The notes beneath the pieces are model-generated. The model searched no databases and was not told the DNA's origin. It saw nothing but the letters and a program-made list of their open reading frames with translations. A program made the translations under genes and the position numbers. From Octopus sinensis (taxonomy: Eukaryota), in contig NW_021833024.1 of NCBI RefSeq assembly GCF_006345805.1, forward strand, positions 1 to 64,000: 64,000 bases of DNA, read 5' to 3'. Of this stretch, positions 26,035-38,838 are shown piece after piece; the first letter of the stretch is position 1, and the number at the start of each line of letters is the position of its first letter.

Positions 26035-29000
26035 ATCACTGTCTCATTTAAATACTTTCGGTTTTTAAGGATCTGAAAAATTCAAGAGTAAATGTATTTA
26101 ATCTGATTTTATACAAAATATTTTTTGATTTGAACGTAAAAATTTTATTTATGAACTTTCGCGATGCCAAATTTTTAATGCAACGGGCTAAGATGTCGAT
26201 GTGTACTCCACCTAGAAATCAAAATAATAACAATATTATTTATTATAACATTCCTAGACCAGGATGGACAACCGCATCGGAGAGGCAGAAGTCCGGTGGA
26301 CGGAACATCGTTCTTGCCATTGCAGAAGGGACTGAGTGCACGATCCATGAGGACTGGGTTAAATTACGTCCTTTCCCAAGTGTTGGGAAGTGCTTCCAGA
26401 ATGGCCAGGAATAGGTAGCCTACCCTGCTTCAGTGCTTCAATCGACGATTCCTCTAGAACTTATCGTTGAATGAAGAAACTTGACGAGATTCCTACTTCT
26501 GGCTTGCTAGTGAGACTGTCGGATTCGGTCACTCCGATAGTATGCCCTTCGTGTTCTAAACAACACGAGCACTAGAGTAGCAGTTATCACTACTCTTGCA
26601 AGTTAAGGAGATATTTAGTAGGCATATCTCTCGAATCATGTTGTTCCCCTTGCGGACCGCAGAGTGACCCGAAAGATACCTCGGTGACAACTTAGGAGTT
26701 ACGTTATGAGTTGCATCAATCGTGTCATATTTTACGTGATCATGCGTAAGGCTCCATCGACAATGGACAAGATTTTTCTTTATTTCTACTCGCCACAGAC
26801 AACCTATGATGAAATAATCCAGAAGCCTATGTCGAAAAGTAGGTGAAAGGAAAACATTGAAACGAAGGTAGCCGCAAGAAAGGTAGAGCTGCAAGCTCTG
26901 ACTGGGTACATTCATAATGTGGGCAATGCGGTCAATGGCAAGACTCCCCTCATAGTGCGTACTGTACTTTGTCGAGAACGAACTGTCAAATAGGACCTAT
27001 GCTCTCTTGATGACCGAGTCTTGTGATGTTTCTGACATCCACAAAAATTTCGATGAGGCACTAACCCGTCTCTCGGACTGGAAGACAGTTGGCGTCGATA
27101 AGGTGCATAATTTTTTTATAAATCATCTTTCGTTTTGAAAAAAGAAGGCTTGGCGAAACTGTACTTTTCTGACAAAAACAGTACTGTCACTGTGAACAAA
27201 GCGATGGCCCTTACAAAAAATCGATTACTAGGTCTTTGAATGACTTGGTTGAAGAAGAATACATTCTTCGGCATACAAGCTGATGCACGTGAGGACTTCT
27301 TCGCTGGTGATTATAGATGCCTGAAATGCACAGTTCGGGGAAAGTGGGTCTTTTTAAGGCTTCTAGCAATTCAGAAGATACATGGAAGACTGCTTGGCAT
27401 TCCACAGTCAATGTCTTACAAATATGGTAGCATGGAATATAACGGAAGGGAAAAACTGGAAAAATCAATTTAAATGCAATGAATGCACTTCAAGACTAGC
27501 TTAACTCACAGAAGGGAAAAACTAATTCTTACCCTAAAGGTCCTAATTTTTTAACGTTAACAAACAGGCCAGTTACATCGCTTCTCTACATTCGATGATA
27601 TAATGACTGTCTTTCCTTTGGCTAATAAAAATATTCGAATCTGGACTTCAGAATAATCAGCAAAACTCTTATTCTAATATCAGAGCAGGAATAATTCAGT
27701 CGAATTATTATCTTAATTAATGTTTCTTTTTTTAGGACACCTACTTCGCTGACATGTTACGTATCCACACCTCTCCTTTTTTTATTGTAATAAGAAAGTC
27801 AACTCCTCTTACTAGTTTACTGACATTCTTAGTTCCTCTCTTCTAGCAATAAGACTATTCGTCTCCTCCGAAACTTGATGGTTGTCAACCCTCTTGCCAT
27901 TTCTGTTTCCTCCATCCTTTTCTTGATTGTCACTGATTGGATTGACGCCATAGTTGAGAAATCTATATTCAATTCAAAATTACGTTTTTTGGTCTTGTAA
28001 AAGTGCTATTCCTACACTAAGTTTTGATCGACGCTTCAAAATATTGTGGGACGCTTCTCTTGTTCTATTTAAACTGTTATGTCATTTAAATTCTTACCAT
28101 CTTCAATACAATGATAACGATCGCCAATTTTTTGAAAAATGTTGTTTCAAGAGAATTCAGATATTTATATCTTGATCCTGACCTCGAATGACGAACCACG
28201 CCTTATTAAACTCCCAGTGAGTACGCGTTAACCAAAAATACTTGAAATACAACTAAAAAACGCAATTTGTTTTCTCTACAAGAAACCAATCCATTAAAAG
28301 TCTGTAGTTTAAGCTGTCTATTAATTTAACTACAAAAGACAACTTGGGGAAGCATATGATAGATGTACGATGGGATATAATGAGGGAAAGCGATTACGAA
28401 CAGATTCTAAAATATGATCTCGACGGATAGAATTGAATGCATTCTTGACATCTAGTTTAAGGTGGAAATGGACTCCATTATTTTCGGATGAAGCCAGCTG
28501 CCGTATACCATAGGCGGCTGCTTCACAAGCACCTTTCACACCTACGCCCAGTTGGATCGGCATTAAAAGTTCACTTGCTTCACAGACTACCGAACGGCAA
28601 ATAATTTTACCCGCCAGGCGTCTAAAGACATTCCCAACAGCAATGGGTCGTATTCCACCATCACATTTGTTTAGAGCAGTCAGATTTGCGGAGAAAAGTA
28701 AATCTTTTGCGAAAGGAGGGATCTCACCAGAGATAATTCTTGTGCATAGGCACATGATGGTCAACATTAGACGTCTTCCCGCCTCAGCAGTTACCGGAGA
28801 AAGAAGATCCTTGAGATGGATGGGTTTCATACCGTAATACCACCACTGCTACTAAAAGGGAAAGAACTGAGAGCAGCAGATACTTCTGCTGAAGTGACGG
28901 AAGATGCGTTACAAACGGAACCAGTGACAGCTCAGGAATTTCGGATAGATCTTCCGGTGCCGCAGGGTGTTTTGAACGTAGTTGACTAAGAACCTTGTCC

Positions 29001-30343
29001 GAAGGAGGGGCAATAGATGAGTTAGAGCAGATAACACGTTGTTCAGAACACAAGATTGAGTGATCGCTGGGTAGAATTGTGTTTTAATTAAAATAATGTT
29101 TGTTTTCATTAATAAATTATTTTAATTTTTGGTTATCCAATTATTGAAAACCTAATAAATTATGCACGTGTAAACACGCGGTTGACATACCTTGGGGTTG
29201 TATTACTTTATTTGGTCGATCTTTATTTTTTTATTTAATTGGATTCAGAAGGGATATTCTGCGATGTAGTTTCTTTTAATTGTTAAATTATCTGAAATTT
29301 CATCATTTTGTAACATTTGCAAGTTTATTCCTTCAATCTGTATATTTTACTTATTTTGAAATTTTGAAAATTGAATTTCATCCTATTTTTAATGAAAATT
29401 TTTATTCGTTTTTATTCTTTATATTTTGATTTGATAAAGCTATTTATGATGTTTTTTAATGATATTTTCTATTGAAACAAGAAATCTGTTCTTGAGATTC
29501 TTTGCTCTTAGTAGTACAACTAAGAACCTCGCCTCCTCTTCGTCTATTTCGAGTGTACTCTTCACTGGGTCCCGTCTTATTCGATGAGAGAAATTAAATT
29601 CTCTCGGCACAGTCAATGCTGAACTGTGCTTAGTGCGGGAGTCTACTCCGATTATAAACATTCCTACAATTTCGGAGGGAGAGGACAAAGTCCTGGTTAA
29701 GCTGTGCAGACGATGCAAATTTTTTCTGCGTGTTTTGCTAATTTTAAATTTTGTAAACAAAACATTCTTGCATTTTCTTAGCGATTGGACAAATTCCTGG
29801 TCGCGTTGAGATTCTTTGCTGTCTAAATATATGAGCAGGATTCATTACTAGAAATTTTGTTACAATTCTGCCCATATTCTTTATATTTTGAGTCGAAAAA
29901 GCTATTTATGATATTTTTTGATATTTCCTATTGAAACAAGAACGACTGTTTTTTATTTATACATTTCTTATTTTCAATGGTGTTTTTGAATAAATCTCAT
30001 TGATTATTTTTTATTTCGTAATTCTCTTGTGCAACTAAGTTGCGCAATAATCCCGATTGCATAACTCTGTTTAAAGTAAAAAGATAGCTAAGCTAATTAA
30101 TGGCCTCACGAGACACCCGGCAAGCCTCGCGAATGGCGAAGCTGTTCCCTCGGATCACATCAATCGACAGACGTTCCAGGAGCCAAGAATACTCTCTTGG
30201 ATTGTGGCTTGTCCTTGAAATCCGTCGAGCGAGCGAAGGAAGCGGATTGTCTTGGGGCCATGATTAACTACTGAAATATTTGCCGACAATATTCGCTTTT
30301 TACACCTCCTCTAAAACCTTCTTTACTTCTCTAAGCCATTATT
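26035..30343 (+). repeat. 4.3-kb direct duplication, copy B (CRE RT fragment 28330-29040, mosaic repeat 29028-30343)
   Basis: Matches copy A; RT motifs GIRPIAVGNVFRRL, QLGVG, KLDVKNAFNSI. Confidence 0.95.
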
Positions 30344-30804
30344 GTTTGCAAAATCTTGTTACTGATCTAGGCTTGTCGGTCGGCGCTGTCATTACTCAGG
30401 CATTCCACGCCACGCTCGCAGTAGTGGAGGAAAATAGAGGCGACAAACTAGTGGGCTTATATCTAGAAAATATCTATAAAATAAGTTTGAGAAGTTGGTG
30501 AGACCACATTGAGGGATGCTGTCAAAGACTTAGAAATGTAGATAGAAGCGGTTCGTTTTGGCGTTCTCTTATCATTAAAGCATTCAGGACGAATTGGGAA
30601 ATCATTCTTAGTGGTTGTTGAGTGCAGTGGTTTGAAACCATGTGGGAAGTTGGTAAGTGTTTGGATATTTGTGAAAGGAATAGTCTTTCAAAGATTTAGG
30701 CCTGTTTGCATAAAAGAAAGATTGGGTGGTAGAAGCTTCGTATTCCCTCGGTGTGTTATTATTAATAATCACACCGCAAAATAACGTTAGTAAAGTTATC
30801 TCGC

Positions 30805-31385
30805 TTGTGCCACCCTCTCCTCCCTTGTGCCATCTCGCTTTACAATATGTTCGTAAAAACAGTCCTACTGTACAACTCCTCCTCTTGGGCACTCACAGTG
30901 CAGGAAATGGAAAATCTGAATTCCTTTTACAGAATGCAGCTGAAATACATCCTAGGAATCTTTTGGCCAAAACGCATTTCAAACAAACATCTTTACTTCA
31001 GGTACAATGCACACCCGTTGGACGAAGAAATAAGAAGCAATAGATGGAGCTTATTCGGTCACATCCTAAGAATGGACAGGAAAACTCCTGCAAATCTTTC
31101 AATGGAACACCACTACGCCCCCCACCAAACTTTCAAGGCAGACCACGAATCACTCTACCAACCCTCCTGCACCAGGACCTAACTTTGATTGGAAAAAGAC
31201 TAAAATCAGCAGACGATCTTGAGCACTTGAGAGAACTATGGAGGAACAGAGGGACTTAGCTATTAACAAAACGCATCCCGGTGTGTCACTTCTTATTAAA
31301 TAAAAAGATTGAATCGTCCCAGAGAGAAAGGCACTTTTCTACTAATTAGAACCAGTATTATTTGACTATAAATAATAATAATAAA
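30805..31385 (+). mobile_element. RTE-clade LINE 3' fragment with (TAA)n tail
   Basis: LYNMFVKTVLLYNSSSW, RWSLFGHILRM, GRPRITL; TAA repeats at 31369-31385. Confidence 0.75.
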
Positions 31386-31415
31386 TAGTAAGCATTGAGT
31401 GTATTTGTGGTCGGA

Positions 31416-31785
31416 ATGGATTACTTGAGCAGATTTAAGTATTTTGTAAACCACCCGGCAGGTGAGTGATTGATTACAATTCAGGCCCGCGGACTATCTT
31501 CTTTTGGGCCCCCTCAATGAAATGGGTATTCAACTCACTCACTCTCAGGCACTCGTCATTGCAGGAATTGGGGACATCAACCGACCTGCGGATAAACTAA
31601 GTCTCCCCCAATCGACAGCACTGGCAGCCACAGGTCACACTCGTCGACTCATTTCAGGACTGATCTGGTCACGCTACTCCCTCGTCATTATTCCCAAGAA
31701 CTACAATCTGCTCAGCGTCAATGTCTTTGTGGCCCTCACTGGATTATACCAACTTTCCAGGATTTATAACCACAAAAATAATTAG
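31416..31785 (+). CDS. MPC2: Mitochondrial pyruvate carrier 2; introns of 23, 23 and 24 nt
   Basis: NHPAGPRTIFFWAPSMKW^ALVIAGIGDINRP...TGLIWSRYSLVIIPKNYNL. Confidence 0.95.
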
Positions 31786-31826
31786 CATTTCTGTTTGTTA
31801 ATTCTGTAATAAAATAATCAATTCGA

Positions 31827-32326
31827 ATGTTCTCTTGTGGTGGTTTTGTGCGTAGTCTGGTGAGAATATCAAGGCGAACATACCACGAGAAAGTATTGGT
31901 GGGGATGAGTGTGGCAGGTGATCGACCACTACGAGAATCCTCGGAATGTGGGTTCCTTCGACAAGAAGGACGTGTCGGTGGGGACGGGAATAGTGGGGGC
32001 ACCAGCCTGTGGGGATGTAATGAAGATGCAGATAAAGGTGGTGGACAACATAATCGTGGATGTCAAGTTCAAGACATTCGGCTGCGGGTCGGCCATTGCT
32101 TCGAGTTCTCTGGTGACTGAGTGGATAAAGGGGAAGACTGTGAGGAGTGGTGTTATGTGGTAGTTGGACCAGGCCAAGTTGATATCGAATGAGGACATTG
32201 CCAAAGAATTGTCACTCCCCCCTATCAAACTGCACTGCTCATGTTTGGTCTCTCCTAATTGTAGTGCTCGCTCATAATTGCATTGCTGCTGCCATTTCCG
32301 ACTACCACTCCAAACAGAACACTTAA
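31827..32326 (+). CDS. ISCU: Fe-S cluster scaffold; introns of 25, 24 and 22 nt
   Basis: YHEK^VIDHYENPRNVGS, GAPACGDVM, FKTFGCGSAIASSS, LPPIKLHCS. Confidence 0.97.
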
Positions 32327-32402
32327 CACTTACTTTAATCTCTCTAACCCTTCTTTAATTAGTTTGTTAAAAATAATAAATATTGCAAAACTGGTTGTAG
32401 TG

Positions 32403-33431
32403 ATGATCACTCACCGTCAGCCTCCGAAGAAGGTGTTGGAGTATATAACCGAGTAGCTACTAATAATGGGGAGGAGTTATGCAGGCAAGACAAGCATGCG
32501 AGGAATAATATTCTCCAATCTGTTATCCTTCGACACGACTCGTCTGGCGGCGACATGTAATGAGGGGTATTGAGTTGTCTAGTCGAGGTGGAGTACACCG
32601 TCTTTAACTTCCTGGACAACCTGGTCCTCAAAATATGGGACTGCGGAGGGTGAGGATTGAGGGTGATGGCAGACAGGAGACCTTCCTGGAACAGTACTTC
32701 TCCACTCGACGGAACGAGGTGTTCGGAAACGCACACGTGCTGATATTCGTGTTCGACATAACCAGCAGAAGGGCAGAACAAGACATGGAGACATTCTACA
32801 GCTGTGTGCTCTGTCTGAAGGAGTTCTCTCCCGACGCCCGTGTGTTCTGCATGGTCAATAAAATGGACTTGGTGCCCCCACACCTCCGGGATGAGTTGTT
32901 TAACAAGAAGGTGACGGACGTGCAGTGGCTGGGGGATTCCTTCATGTGCTACCCCACCTCCATCAAGGACTCCTCCCTCTACAATGTACTCCCCCTCCCT
33001 CACACAGGCCTGGTCTTCCGTCGTCAACCAACTCATTCCCGACATTGAGAGGATCCAAACAATCCTCGACCAGTTCAGACTGGAAAATATTCTCGACAAG
33101 GCCGTCCTCTTTGAAAAGTCCTCGTTCCTGGTATTTCCGCCTGCTCATTCTTCTGGTTGTGGCCGCCTGTGGATCGGGGACGGAAATCGACTTCGAGAAG
33201 ATTTGTTCGGGAATGAAGCAATTTCTGCTAATTTGCCAGGAGGAGAGGAATTGCTTCAACTCGATTATGGCTCATCAGTTCGGCAGTTCGATCATCATTG
33301 CCCCCGTCACCAAAATGTTCTTCATTCTCACTTTGAGTAAAGATCACAACATCAGTATTCTTTTTATACATTTAGACGTCAACCTCATCCACAGAAATAT
33401 CCGCAAACTTGATCGGGAATTTCTGTTGTAG
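32403..33431 (+). CDS. RRAGA: Rag A/B (Gtr1) GTPase; 6 introns of 21-26 nt, one apparently GT-TG (33131-33155)
   Basis: KK^LLIMGRSYAGKTSMRGIIF, WDCGGQ, VLIFVFD, LYN^AWSSVV, LFEKSSFL, FEKICSGMKQF. Confidence 0.9.
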
Positions 33432-33585
33432 CTCGCTAATGCTTCTTGCCAGTAGTGAATGAATAATGATTTGCCTGATCTAACTGTCCAGATAAACTGG
33501 TCATTCTTTATTATGCCTCCCACACTAACAAGGCAAACCAGTAGATTAAACAAACTGATAGTCTATTTAATAGCTCCATTTCCTA

Positions 33586-33963
33586 GATTCAACAAACTGA
33601 AGGAGGCTAGTTTTCATCCGGGGGTCAATTCTCGTTATCGTTCCCCTGCCCGTGAGGCAACGAGTACTTCTGGCACGACACAGTTGGAAATGGGGATCTC
33701 TTACCTTCCTTCCGGTCTTAGCGTGGCGTTATGGGGTCCACCATGTCAGTTGGAAAATTCCAATCAGATATGGCAACGCTCAGAAGGCACTTAATGCCTA
33801 CCGAAAAAGGACTTCTAGATCTCAGACCCTGGGACATCGTCGTCTCAGGCCGTTCATGTGGGCAGGATCAAACCTTTCAGTAGGATCTCCCTCGCTTGAA
33901 TCGGGGACCACGGGGATTATAATAATTAACTGGCTTACCCGTGTTTGGTCTTTAAATAATAAT
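33586..33963 (+). mobile_element. 5'-truncated LINE 3' end with (TAA)n tail and 16-17-bp TSD
   Basis: AATAGCTCCATTTCCT on both sides; homologous to 54559-54865. Confidence 0.8.
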
Positions 33964-34583
33964 AATAGCTCCATTTCCTGTCACTACAAATTGGAGGTGT
34001 CTGTCACTAACCGCAATAATTTAGCTTGGATTAAAAAAGTTTAATCATTTCGATGAGGTTTATTGAGCTTAACAGCGCTACCGTGAAGACAGAGGCACGT
34101 ACTATGCACACTTGCGCCAGCCACACCGTTTTGAGATCAGGAGAAAACCTTAATTACTCTTTTAATTCCTAGGTAGGAACTCCATATTTTTTTTATTGGC
34201 ACTTTTTTATTGGCGACAGGGAAGCTCAATATCCCATCCGTTTTATGCAATGACGGTGTCATTCGTCAAACCCGAACAAAGCTTCTAGGAATTCGAACCC
34301 TGGAACTCGACCACTCAGATAGGGTAATCTTATCGGCTTGACGACAGAATATAATCAATTTTGTTGTAAATAGGTGTAGTTTCACCATTCCTTCTGAGTC
34401 TACTGCCCCTCCATGTGGTCCGGTGTCATGCGGCGTGATAGAAGGCCGTGTTACAGAGGAATAAAGAGATGTTTTAACTAGCAATAAAATTTGCATTTAG
34501 AATCAAAGTGAATCGCAATTTTAATTCATCAAATTGGCATTTTGTAATTTAAAGAAAATTCCTCGAATAATTTCAATGTTCAA

Positions 34584-34928
34584 TCAAATCTTACGATTTT
34601 TAAGTAACCCATGCCTGTGCTCAACAATCATACTCTCCAGTGTTTTATTCAGCACAATTGACTGTGTATAAGACTGAGTTCCGCCTTCGATAGCCAATTC
34701 TTCAATGTATTTCTTAAAAACTTGATCACTGTTGCACTGGGCTGCCAAATGCCCAACAGTTTTTTTGCTTCTCATACAATGATTTCATAATGTTCCCTTG
34801 GTTGAAAAGAACAGATTTTTATCATGCAGTAGGCAATCTAGTGTCTCACTTCTGGGAGAAACATTTTCTCTCCAAAGCTACCCGTTTGAAGTTTCTATAT
34901 CAATATTCTGGTTATTCAGACATTTGAA
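34584..34928 (-). mobile_element. Decayed R4/Dong-like fragment
   Basis: KKTVGHLAAQC and QSIVLNKTLESMIVEHRHG, similar to 2087-3310. Confidence 0.75.
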
Positions 34929-35536
34929 TAATATGTCACATGGGCGGCGCGTTACGCATGGGCAGCCTGTTACATTTTTTGACCTTGATGATGTCTTTTG
35001 ATTATTATCCGACCTTTAATTTTGTATATTCGATTTTTATCGTTATTTAGCCTATTAGATTAGTATTATTTTGTTGCAATGGTTTCTTACAAGGGTTTTG
35101 TAAAAGATTGCGTTGAATATCAAATTTTAAAAGATGCTTTACATGATAAATTTCCCGAAAATCTTCCAAGGCACCGAAAATATAGACTTATAAAGAAGAT
35201 GGAGAATTTCACCATTATCAATGACAGGTACTGTAAATTTGCAATAAATTTACAGACTTTATCTTAAATCTAGTGATCCCAAGTTAGTCATATCCCTCGA
35301 TAATGAAACCGAAATGGAGCTTGTGGCGAAATCATTACATGAGTTTTCACACGGAGGAGTATATAAAATTGAATATGAATGTCGACAAAGATATTATCAG
35401 AAAAGTCATTCGAAATTGTGAAGTTTGCAAATTTTCGCGTCCTTTAAAAGTTCAAGATTTTTTTTAATTGTAGATTGGAGATATAAATCACCATGTGTTT
35501 GCTTCTTGTCCAAATGAACGTTTTCAAATAGACATA

Positions 35537-37947
35537 TGTCGCGTCCCACACGAGCTACCCATCCCATGGTGGTTACATGTCACCTGTCAATAAATAATAA
35601 TGCCTGTCATGGTGACTGTCAAATTTAATAATTAATTTAATTGCATGGGTGCCGGGAGAATTCCCCGTCACACTCATCTGAATGACGTTGTGAGGAGGGC
35701 TCTAGAGTCGGCTGGTTTCCCTTCCACCCTAGAGCCAGTCGGCCTTTCCCGGAGCGACGGCAAGCGTCCCGACGGGATGACGACCTTTCCTTTTAGGGAA
35801 GGCAAGTCCCTGGTTTGGGATGCCACGTGTGTCGACTCTTTTTCGGCGACAATGCTTCCCAGGACTGTCGCAAACCCGGGTTCCGCCAGTGCGCTGGCTG
35901 AAGAGACAAAGATGACGAAATACCGGTGTATTTCGGACGCTTTTGAGTTTGCCCCCCTCGCCTTCGAAACCTCTGGAATCGTCGGAAAGGCTGCGACTCA
36001 ACTCCTCACCGCCATTGGTAGAAAAATCTCCACAAAAACAAACGACCGGAGGGAGACGAGCTGGCTGTTCCAGCGAATCTCGGTTGCTGTGCTCCGCGGA
36101 AACTGCCACTCAATACGCAGCGCGGCATCGTTGAGCTGACCCTCAGGCCCTCGACAATTCCCTTAGCCACCCAATTGCTTACTTTTTCTTTCTAATTATG
36201 TTTTTTTTTATTTAATTGCATTGATTTCTAATCAATAATCGTTTCAACAATAAAAATTTATTAAAATAAAGCGTCTACGTTTTTTTTACTTGATTCATAT
36301 TAACTATTTTAGACTTCCCTGAACTTGTTTTAATCTGTTAAATAAAATAATAATAAAATAGACCTCTAGTCGATTGTTTGACAAAATTTGAACAACTTCA
36401 GCAGGTTCTCCATATGGGGATTCAAATCAGTTTAGCCTTAGGGAAGGATTTGTCCCAAAATCCTTTAGAACTCTAACCTAACAATTATTCACTAAAAATA
36501 CTCCGCTCCCAATTGAAAAATCGTATTTCGATTGATGAACATTCATTTTTTTATTCATGCGTTTAAAATATGGTGAATTTAAATTATGTGGAGAAAAATT
36601 TAATATAAAATCACTAGCATCCAAGTTGTCTAGCATATGTTATTCAAAATTTACCTGAAACATCTAAAATATTTTCTACATCCATATCCTCTGATGATAC
36701 ATGATAAAAATCATCCGAACACTCACTTTCTTTGAAATTAAAAAAGTTAAAAAAACTTTTATCATCATGAATGACGGTGTTTATACCAGAAACTCTTCTT
36801 AGTTTTTTAAATGGTGTTTCATTTATAGAAGAATGAATAGTCGTGTTATATGTAAAAGTGCTTCGTTTAATAAATTGGATCCAGTTTTTAGTTGATTCTT
36901 CACTCATCAGCTTTGAAGGATTTCGTGTTAAAGTTTGATTAAATCTTTCCACGATACCCTGAAACAGATAAATATTGTGTCATTACTTGTGATTGAGGAT
37001 GATTTGGTCTTCCGTAAATATGTTGGATTTTGTTTTTCGTGCAAAAAGAATCGAGATATTTATTCCTAAACTCAGTTCCATTATCTGTTTGTAGAATCTC
37101 GCAAAAGCCGATTTCTGAACAAATTTCTTCGAAAGCCTCGCAAATATCTAAATTCCAATATAAAACATAAATATACTTATTGCAGATTTATTTTTAACTC
37201 CTTTACAAATGGCATACTTACTGTAAACATCAATGACGGTAAATATCCATTTGTAGCCATCGTTCGAATCGTTAAATTTTTTAACGTCTATAAGGTCTGC
37301 TTGGAATCGTTCATTTGGTCTTTTGGCAATTACATGGTACTTAGAATCTGAAACCTGCTATATAAGTTTTTTATTTTATACTTTAAGTGGAATGGAAAAC
37401 TTGCATATTGAGCACTCTTTGACGACTCGTTCGATAATTTTACGCTTTATTGTAAAATAGGAGTGTAAACATTCCTGTTGCAGTTTACGAATTCCAGAAT
37501 GGCTATTCCGGTGAATAGAATCTGCAATAGTTTGCATCTCACTCTCATTATCCATGCAAATAACTAGTTTGTGCTTTTGAAATCTTTCGTCTTTGAGGTA
37601 TAAGCAGTCATCAATGACAATAAATTTAGTGGATTTTTTAGTTAATTTATATTTTATTTGTCTTGAAGATGTCTGTACAGGTTGGCCATTTAAAATATTG
37701 ACTATAGTATGATATTCTGAGATATTTTTTACAAAACCTATTATTACATATACAGGGGCAAACATTTTAAAGAGGACATGTTGAAAATTGAATAATAACG
37801 CTAAAAATATTAAATATGCCCACACGAGTAACGAATGATTAAACCACATTAATTATGACATCTGACAGCCAATGACCTCGTAAAAATGATTGATTGACAG
37901 GTGACATGTAGCCAGCATGGGATGCGTAACCACCATGGGACGCGACA
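35537..37947 (-). mobile_element. Ginger-type transposon B with about 55-bp TIRs; integrase 37779 to about 36644 with 26-29-nt introns
   Basis: TGTCGCGTCCCA...TGGGACGCGACA; HRNSH..CSIC, RFQAD, QTDNGTEF, Q^GIVERFNQTL after removing GT-AG introns. Confidence 0.9.
35645..36139 (+). mobile_element. CRE 3' fragment (RLE domain) inserted in Ginger B
   Basis: RHTHLND, RPDGMT, WDATCVD, FETSG, QRISVAVLRGN. Confidence 0.85.
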
Positions 37948-38482
37948 TAATAAGTCTGGTAAAGAAGTGTGTCAAAAATTGAGATCTTTGTTTCGCCCCA
38001 ATGGACCATGCAAATTTTTTCAATCAGACAATGGGTCTGAATTCAAAAATCAAGAAATAACACAACTATGCGTTGATTTTAATATGTCACATGGGCGACT
38101 ATGTCGCTATGGGCAGCCAGTCCTTTTACGTGTTTCTATGGAAACCGCAGAAAAGGTATTAAATATTGAATATAGCAATTTATATATGGAAGAGTGTAGA
38201 TTAATCAATTATTCTAATTTAAAATTACATTTGAATTATCTTTTAAAAATGGCTTACCCAAAAGTATATTAATTTTAACAGCGTGGTTACTCACACTTTG
38301 TGATGTCTGGGTTTAAGGGTTACGTCAGAAATATGAACGAATACAATCAAATTAAGGAAGCGTTAATCGGGATATTCCCGGAGGATATGAATGCTCGAAG
38401 CAAACACCGGTTGGCCAAAAAGGCTTCCAATTTTTGTCAAAAATGTCTGAAGAATCGTCAGCAGAAACATCATTTAATTTCG

Positions 38483-38730
38483 AGTTAGGGTTAGATTTTG
38501 AATATTTATGTTGTCACTTGCCAACGTTAGGGTTAAGATTAGGGTTAGATTTTGAATATATTTATGTTGTCACTTGCCAACGTTAGGGTTTGGGTTAAGG
38601 TTAGGGTTAGATTTTGAATATATTTGTGTTGTCACTTGCCAACGTTAGGGTTTGGGTTAAGGTTAGGGTTAGATTTTGAATATATTTGTGTTGTCATTTG
38701 CCAACGTTAGGGTTTGGGTTAAGGTAAGAG
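38483..38730 (+). repeat. Minisatellite, about 62-nt unit, about 4 copies, containing TTAGGG/TTTGGG/TTAAGG hexamers
   Basis: GTTAGGGTTTGGGTTAAGGTTAGGGTTAGATTTTGAATATATTTGTGTTGTCACTTGCCAAC repeated in tandem. Confidence 0.9.
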
Positions 38731-38838
38731 TTAAAGTTGTTACAAACTTGGCAAAAAATTTGAGGTAAATTATAATTTGCTAATGTTGCAATTTATATTA
38801 TCAAAAATAAAAATAATTCACATTATAATTTGCTAATT

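Noticed and set aside
32407-33099. 230-aa minus-strand ORF and similar long antisense ORFs (13627, 39369, 41339)
   Set aside because: Shadows of GC-rich coding sequence on the other strand, with no motifs
38483-38730. CRISPR-like array or true telomere
   Set aside because: Units are tandem with no unique spacers; the hexamers are degenerate and internal to a transposon
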